Assembly (NCBI GenBank): GCA_965203175.1
Contig: OZ241867.1
Location: 4,224,001 to 4,288,000, forward strand
DNA: 64,000 nucleotides
Source of the DNA: Candidatus Latescibacterota bacterium
GTDB lineage: Bacteria; Latescibacterota; UBA2968; UBA8231
Direction of reading: 5' to 3'
Shown: positions 58,769 through 64,000 of the stretch, one piece after another
How positions within the stretch are numbered: the first letter of the stretch is position 1
Layout: the number at the start of each line of letters is the position of its first letter
The notes under the pieces: model-generated
Databases searched by the model: none
What the model was told of the DNA's origin: nothing
What the model saw: only the letters and a program-made list of their open reading frames with translations
Translations under genes and position numbers: made by a program

Positions 58769-61132
58769 GTGGAGTGGCGCAAGGATCTAGGTGCTGTGGG
58801 GCTGCTCGGGGCGGCGGTCGCCATTTTCTTCTGGCCGGCCGCTGTGTTAGAAGGGGCGTTTTTCGTGCAGGACGTGATGGTGCAAAACCACCCGTTCCGC
58901 GACTTTTTCGCCCGCGCCCTCCGCGAAGGCCAATTGCCGTTATGGAATGCGGCCATCAACTGCGGCTTCCCGCTGTTTGCCGAAGGCCAAGCCGGGCCGC
59001 TGTATCCGCCCAATGTGATTTTGGCGTTGCTGTTGCCTACTTGGGCCGCTATCAACTGGAACATTGTCTTGCACCTGTGGTTGGCGGGCGCGGGCATGTA
59101 CGCGCTGGTGCGCACTTTTGGTACTGTGCGACCGGCTGCGCTGTGCGCGGGGCTTTGCTACGCCCTGAGCGGGTACATGGTCGTGCGGGCCATGTCACCC
59201 AACTTCATCGACGTATGCGCTTGGTTGCCGCTGCTGTTTTGGCTCGTCGATCGCATCCTGAACCGGAGGCACTTTTTTTGCGTACTGCTCTTTGCCTTAG
59301 TGATTGGCTTGCAATTGCTGGCTGGCCATCCCCAAGCCGCTCTGTACGGGGCCGTCGCCGTTGCGGGCTACTGGCTCTATCGAAGCTGGGTTCAAGGCGC
59401 GGGATGGATCGCTTGGCCGATGCTGGTTGGCGCACTCGTGCTGGGTGCGGCCCTAGCCGCTGTCCAGCTAGTACCTACTGCCGAATTAGTGCAGCTATCC
59501 AATCGCGGGGCCGGTCTGTCGTGGGCCAGCTTTGTGGCAATGTCGCTGCCTCCCGAGCGGCTGGCTACCTTGTTGTGGCCCAACTTCTTCGGCAATTCGG
59601 CACACGGCACGTACGGGAGCCGGGAAGTGGGCTTCTTCATCCAACTCTGCACTTATGTCGGCGTGGTGCCCCTGTTTTTGGCTTGGGCAGCCCTGCGCGA
59701 GCGGCGGGACGGCCAAGTCGGTTTTTTCGCTGCGCTCGCCCTTGTCGGGCTAGTGCTCGCACTGGGCAAATACACGGCCATCTTTTCCTTTTTTTATCAA
59801 ATTCCAGGGTTTAGCCTATTCCGCATCCCAACGCGCTTTTTGTTGTGGTTTGCCGTGGGAGCATCCGTGCTCTGCGGCCTCGGCCTCGATCAAGTGTTGC
59901 GCCGTGAGCGTCAACGGCCTGCGAATGGTTGGCTGTTGGCCGCAGTCCTCGGCGCGGCCAGTGTAGGTCTGCTATGGGCTAGCGAAGTTGCGCTCTTTGG
60001 GGATGGTTTAGAGCCAACGCGCTACATTCACCACTTGCGCGGCGACGGCCTGCGGCTCGTAGGAGCGTTGATAATCGGCGCGTGGCTGCTCGGCCGACGA
60101 ACTCGACGAGCCGCAGCGTGGGCTGCGCCCGTGGTCATTTTTGCCGAGCTGTACAGCTTTGGCGCGGATTTTAACGGCACCATAGAGCCAACTGCGTACA
60201 CCGAAACTCCGGCGACGGTCCGCGAGATTTTGGCCGACCACACGGCTGTGGCACCGCCGCGGATCGTCAGTTTGGTCAACGAGCGGAACTCGCCATTTGA
60301 CTGGCACGGGGGATGGGCCTACGACTTGGAGTCCTATCGGCGCTATAACGAGACCTTGCGGATGTATTCGGGGGGGCTGTACGGATTGGCCAACGCGCTG
60401 CCTGGGTGGAGTCCGCTGCACCTGTATCGCCACGGGGAGTTCGCTCGCGGTTATCCGGCGTTTGCCTCCTTGGCCAGCGTGGAATACGCGGTGCGCTACA
60501 GCCGAGCTGGGGGCTTTGACGTGCAGCGTCTGACTACGGCCTTGCCCCGCGCGTACGCGGTGGATCAATTCCACCTCGCCACTAGTCCGCGAGCCGGGCT
60601 GAATTATATGGCTCGCGGGTTTCCCATGCGGCGCGAAGTCGTTTTGGAGGAAGCACCGACCGCGCCGATTGGGCCGGGAGGTGCAGCGCGAATCGTCCGC
60701 TACGAAGACGAGGAAGTCGCCGTGGCCCTTGCCGACTCGGCCGGGGGAATTTTGGTCTTGAGCGATACCTATTATCCGGGCTGGCGAGCCTTTGTCGACG
60801 GGGTTGAGCGCCCGATTCTTCGCACCAATCACGTGTTCCGCGCCGTAGTGGTCCCGGCCGGAGCGCGAGAGGTTGTCTTTTCGTACGAGCCGGATAGTTT
60901 CCGCTATGGCTTACTGGTCAGCGTGGCCGCGGCAGCGCTCTTGTTGGGGCTAGCTTGGGGCGGTAGGCGGCTGATCTTGCCACCGGTGGAGAATATGCCG
61001 GTGGCCGCAGGGGCGCAGTTGAAAGTCCGGGCTGTGTTGGGAGTCTTGGTTTTCGTACTCCACGCAATAGCCACGCAAGGGCCTTTGTGGAGCGAGTGGC
61101 TCGAACGCCTGCGGCTAGGGGTGGGGTCGTGA
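58769..61132 (+). CDS. YfhO family GT-C membrane protein
   Basis: PLWN...GFPLFA, LAGHPQ, FRIPTR, LSDTYYPGWRA. Confidence 0.85.
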   Translation: MEWRKDLGAVGLLGAAVAIFFWPAAVLEGAFFVQDVMVQNHPFRDFFARALREGQLPLWNAAINCGFPLFAEGQAGPLYPPNVILALLLPTWAAINWNIVLHLWLAGAGMYALVRTFGTVRPAALCAGLCYALSGYMVVRAMSPNFIDVCAWLPLLFWLVDRILNRRHFFCVLLFALVIGLQLLAGHPQAALYGAVAVAGYWLYRSWVQGAGWIAWPMLVGALVLGAALAAVQLVPTAELVQLSNRGAGLSWASFVAMSLPPERLATLLWPNFFGNSAHGTYGSREVGFFIQLCTYVGVVPLFLAWAALRERRDGQVGFFAALALVGLVLALGKYTAIFSFFYQIPGFSLFRIPTRFLLWFAVGASVLCGLGLDQVLRRERQRPANGWLLAAVLGAASVGLLWASEVALFGDGLEPTRYIHHLRGDGLRLVGALIIGAWLLGRRTRRAAAWAAPVVIFAELYSFGADFNGTIEPTAYTETPATVREILADHTAVAPPRIVSLVNERNSPFDWHGGWAYDLESYRRYNETLRMYSGGLYGLANALPGWSPLHLYRHGEFARGYPAFASLASVEYAVRYSRAGGFDVQRLTTALPRAYAVDQFHLATSPRAGLNYMARGFPMRREVVLEEAPTAPIGPGGAARIVRYEDEEVAVALADSAGGILVLSDTYYPGWRAFVDGVERPILRTNHVFRAVVVPAGAREVVFSYEPDSFRYGLLVSVAAAALLLGLAWGGRRLILPPVENMPVAAGAQLKVRAVLGVLVFVLHAIATQGPLWSEWLERLRLGVGS

Positions 61133-62973
61133 CGGCCGGGATTGTCGGGATGGCCGCAGGGATCGCCGCATTCGCGGTCTATGGGATGACGCTGTGCCCG
61201 ACCGTGTACGTAGAAGGGAGCGGCGAACTGATCGGCGCGGCCTATAGGTTGGGGACGGCGCATCCGACTGGGTATCCCCTGTTTTGCCTTGGCAGCCGCT
61301 TGCTCGCACTGGCTCTGCCGTGGGTTAGTCCGGCCGTGGCGATCAATGCCGCATCGGCTCTGTTTGCCGCTGCCTGTTGCGGAGTCTTGGCAGCCGTGCT
61401 CTACGGCCGTGGGGTGCGGCCTGTGGTGGCCTTGGCCACGGCCTTGGCGTTAGCGTTCTCGCGCACTTTTTGGTCCCAAGCCGTCATCGCCGAAGTCTAT
61501 GGCTTGGCCTTGTTGCTGGTGGTCTTGGTTCTGGCCCAAACCCTTAGAGTATGTGAGAACAAGGAGCCGCGCCAAGTTCTTCTCTTGGGCTGGCTCATGG
61601 GTTTGGGGCTGACGGCTCACTTGATGCAGGTACTCGTTTGGCCAGGCGTGGTCGCGGTCTTGGCTTGGCGCTGGCCCGCACTTTGGCGTCGGCCCTTGTT
61701 GCTGGCGCAGGGGATGCTCGCTGTGCTGGGTGGGTACAGCTTGGTGGCGTACTTACCGCTGCGCAATGGCCGGGGTGCGGGGTTTCACTGGGGGCCACTC
61801 GGCGACCTAGCGGCTCTGTGGCAACACTTGAGCGGTGCGCTATATCGCTCGTCGTTTTTTTCTTTGCCCTTGGAGGGTATGCTGCTCAACGCCCAGCGCT
61901 GGTTGGAGCAGGCGGCAGGCGAGTTTCACTTCGCATTGGTGCCGTTGGTCGCTTGGGGCGGGTGGACGGCTTGGCACCGTGATCGCAGTGTGTTCGTCTT
62001 GGTTGGGGGGGCAATCGTTTGTAATTTGATCGCTGCGCTCAACTACCACCGCGATCCCAATGGCTTGCCAGTGTTTTACTTGCTCAGCGTAGTGGGATTG
62101 GCCGTGTGGTTAGGCATGGGATTGGACGCGTTGGCTCGCCGGGTGAGGCCGGTCGTCTCGGTGCTGATTGCCGCGCTGGTCGTCGCCTTGGTGCTGATCG
62201 CGCACTACGAAGAATCCGACCGCAGCGAAAATTGGGTCGCCGACCGCTATGGCCGCGACATCCTCGCCGACTTGCCCGAAGGCGCGATTCTGATTGTCGA
62301 GGGGGATGATGCGGCTTTTTTGCTCGATTATCTATTGAGGATAGAGGGGTTGCGCCCGGACGTAACCTTGTACAACCGTTTAGGACGAGGGACGGATGTA
62401 CTCGCTTGGAGCGAGCACGTGCTGCCGTCACTAAAGCAGGAGCGGCTGCGTTGGCGGCGCGAGGCCACATTGGCCCGAGCAGGACACGCTCTCTTTTATT
62501 TGGTCCCGCGCCGTGCGCCGATTTCGGGGTGGGTGTTTGTGCCTGCGGGCTTGGTTTATCGCCTGCAAGCTCCCAACAACAGCACTGGAATTGCCCCACA
62601 AATTGAGATGGGCAATGCGTTGGCCACGGGATTTTTCCGCGATCCTTGGGTGCGGAAGATTCAAAGTAATTATTATTTTATGGCCGGTGAGGAGCGCCTG
62701 TGGGCTGGGGATCGGGCTGGGGCAGCGGCCGCGTACGAGCAGGCGGCCGCCATTGCTTTCGACTCGCGCACTGCGCGCTTTAACGTGGCGCTTAAGCTGT
62801 TTGAAGTCGGCGAGTGGGATCGCGCTATGGACCATGCGGCGGCCTCGGCAGCCATCGACCCTTGGCAGCCTACTCCCTACCGCTTGATGGCGCGCATTGA
62901 GCGAGAACAGGGTCGCTATGACGAGGCGCGCCGCTGGAACCAAAAAGCAGGTGAGTTGCAGCGGGGGCCTTGA
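61129..62973 (+). CDS. DUF2723 (TMEM260-like) glycosyltransferase with TPR tail
   Basis: SGEL, AHPTGYPL, FWSQAVIAEVY, C-terminal TPR-like helices. Confidence 0.85.
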   Translation: MTAGIVGMAAGIAAFAVYGMTLCPTVYVEGSGELIGAAYRLGTAHPTGYPLFCLGSRLLALALPWVSPAVAINAASALFAAACCGVLAAVLYGRGVRPVVALATALALAFSRTFWSQAVIAEVYGLALLLVVLVLAQTLRVCENKEPRQVLLLGWLMGLGLTAHLMQVLVWPGVVAVLAWRWPALWRRPLLLAQGMLAVLGGYSLVAYLPLRNGRGAGFHWGPLGDLAALWQHLSGALYRSSFFSLPLEGMLLNAQRWLEQAAGEFHFALVPLVAWGGWTAWHRDRSVFVLVGGAIVCNLIAALNYHRDPNGLPVFYLLSVVGLAVWLGMGLDALARRVRPVVSVLIAALVVALVLIAHYEESDRSENWVADRYGRDILADLPEGAILIVEGDDAAFLLDYLLRIEGLRPDVTLYNRLGRGTDVLAWSEHVLPSLKQERLRWRREATLARAGHALFYLVPRRAPISGWVFVPAGLVYRLQAPNNSTGIAPQIEMGNALATGFFRDPWVRKIQSNYYFMAGEERLWAGDRAGAAAAYEQAAAIAFDSRTARFNVALKLFEVGEWDRAMDHAAASAAIDPWQPTPYRLMARIEREQGRYDEARRWNQKAGELQRGP

Positions 62974-63024
62974 TGGGGTATATAAGCTGTGACTGCTTCC
63001 CCTCTGACGCCGTTGAGGATCGCT

Positions 63025-63489
63025 ATGGAAAAATTAAAACGCATACTCGATCCTAATAAGGTCGTCCTAAACCTCGCGGCGCAGCGCAACTTCGACGCCA
63101 TCCGCGAATTGGCTGCCGCGTTGTGTCAAGACGAGGTCGTCCCTGATCAAAAGGGCTTGCTCGCCGCTCTGATTCGGCGCGAGCAACAGGCCTCTACGGG
63201 CATTGGCAAGGGCGTGGCCGTACCCCACGCACACGAGGACGGGATCCAACGCCAACTCTTGGCCATCGGCATCTCGCAGGCCGGCATTGACTTTGGCGCG
63301 CCCGATGGCCAGCCCGTACACATCATCGCGCTGTTGGTCACGCCTCTCAAACACCAAAAACAACACATGGCGCTGCTGGCGGCTCTGTCGCAGTGCTTGC
63401 AGCAAGAGGAGGTACGCCAGCGTTTGCTGCAAGCGGCTGATGCGGCCGAGGTCGTCGATATCTTCGCGGGCAACCCCCCCCCGGGCTGA
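63025..63489 (+). CDS. PTS EIIA component (fructose/nitrogen type)
   Basis: RE...STGIGKGVAVPHA, DFGAPDGQPV. Confidence 0.9.
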   Translation: MEKLKRILDPNKVVLNLAAQRNFDAIRELAAALCQDEVVPDQKGLLAALIRREQQASTGIGKGVAVPHAHEDGIQRQLLAIGISQAGIDFGAPDGQPVHIIALLVTPLKHQKQHMALLAALSQCLQQEEVRQRLLQAADAAEVVDIFAGNPPPG

Positions 63490-63505
63490 GCACAGCGCAA
63501 AAATC

Positions 63506-64000
63506 ATGGTTCCAGAATTCGCTAGGGCGGTGCACACCCCCCTATTTGAGCGGCACTCTTGCTTTCTCGCGGGACCGCTTGTAGCGGGGCAGCGGCAGGC
63601 CCTGATCGAGCGGCTGCGGGTCTTGCTCGCAGCAGGGGTGCCCGGGTACGCGATCTTGGTGTTGCTGCCCGACCGGGCGACCACGCGGCGCTTTCGCCAG
63701 GCAATAGATCGGCTCGACTTGGGTCCGTACAGCACTGTTGATCTACAGACGTACTACGGGCTGGCGAGCCGGTTGGTGCGGCTGTTTTGGCCGCTGGTGG
63801 CTGGCAAGGCTGGCTTTGCTGCACCAGCGCGGCCGCCGGTCTTCCTCAACTACGAAGCCGCCCAATACCTGATGGGGCAGGTCGTTGAGCCGCTGCTTGC
63901 CGAGGGCTATTTCGAAGGTCTGTACCTGCGACCCCAGCGCATTCTCTCCCAATTACTCGACAATTTGAACAAGGCGGCCGTAGCGGATTTCTCGCTCGCG
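63506..64000 (+). CDS. Partial CDS, degenerate UvrD/SF1 helicase-like N-terminus
   Basis: Open from ATG 63506 to the window end: FLAGPLVAGQRQALIERL...ILVLLP...TYYGLA...QLLDNLNKAA. Confidence 0.55.
   Translation, partial: MVPEFARAVHTPLFERHSCFLAGPLVAGQRQALIERLRVLLAAGVPGYAILVLLPDRATTRRFRQAIDRLDLGPYSTVDLQTYYGLASRLVRLFWPLVAGKAGFAAPARPPVFLNYEAAQYLMGQVVEPLLAEGYFEGLYLRPQRILSQLLDNLNKAAVADFSLA

Overview
GC-rich bacterial chromosomal window from a diderm organism (TonB-dependent receptors, lipoproteins). Core-like genes flank a large metal-homeostasis island at about 15.3-46.0 kb. Left flank: hicAB, ispG, an amino-sugar/glycosyltransferase operon, a Tat-exported molybdoenzyme, a fused indolepyruvate:ferredoxin oxidoreductase, vapBC and Gfo/Idh/MocA genes. 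The island looks like a zinc-starvation system. It holds a ZIP transporter, two SO_0444-type permeases in inverted orientation, a tandemly duplicated unit of a DUF2946/CruR-like leader ORF ending in RGPP plus a His/acid-rich lipoprotein, two ZnuD-like TonB receptors, three intact COG0523 GTPases and two deleted remnants, a ZrgABCD-like system whose ZrgA carries a 72-bp His/Asp repeat, an Azt/Znu-like ABC operon, two Fur-family genes, a flavoprotein/ferredoxin operon, lgt and a folE2 stump. Three promoters share a TGATAA-N4-TTATCA operator overlapping a TATCAT -10 box. An IS200/IS605-family tnpB-only element sits exactly between the RBS and ATG of the first ABC-operon gene, and its left end supplies a new SD sequence. 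Right flank: a low-GC islet, groES-groEL (His-tailed GroEL, sigma54-type promoter), SDRs, a heptose/nucleotide-sugar and GT-C glycosylation locus, and PTS EIIA. No rRNA, tRNA or CRISPR array was seen. All family calls come from motif recognition by eye, not database searches.
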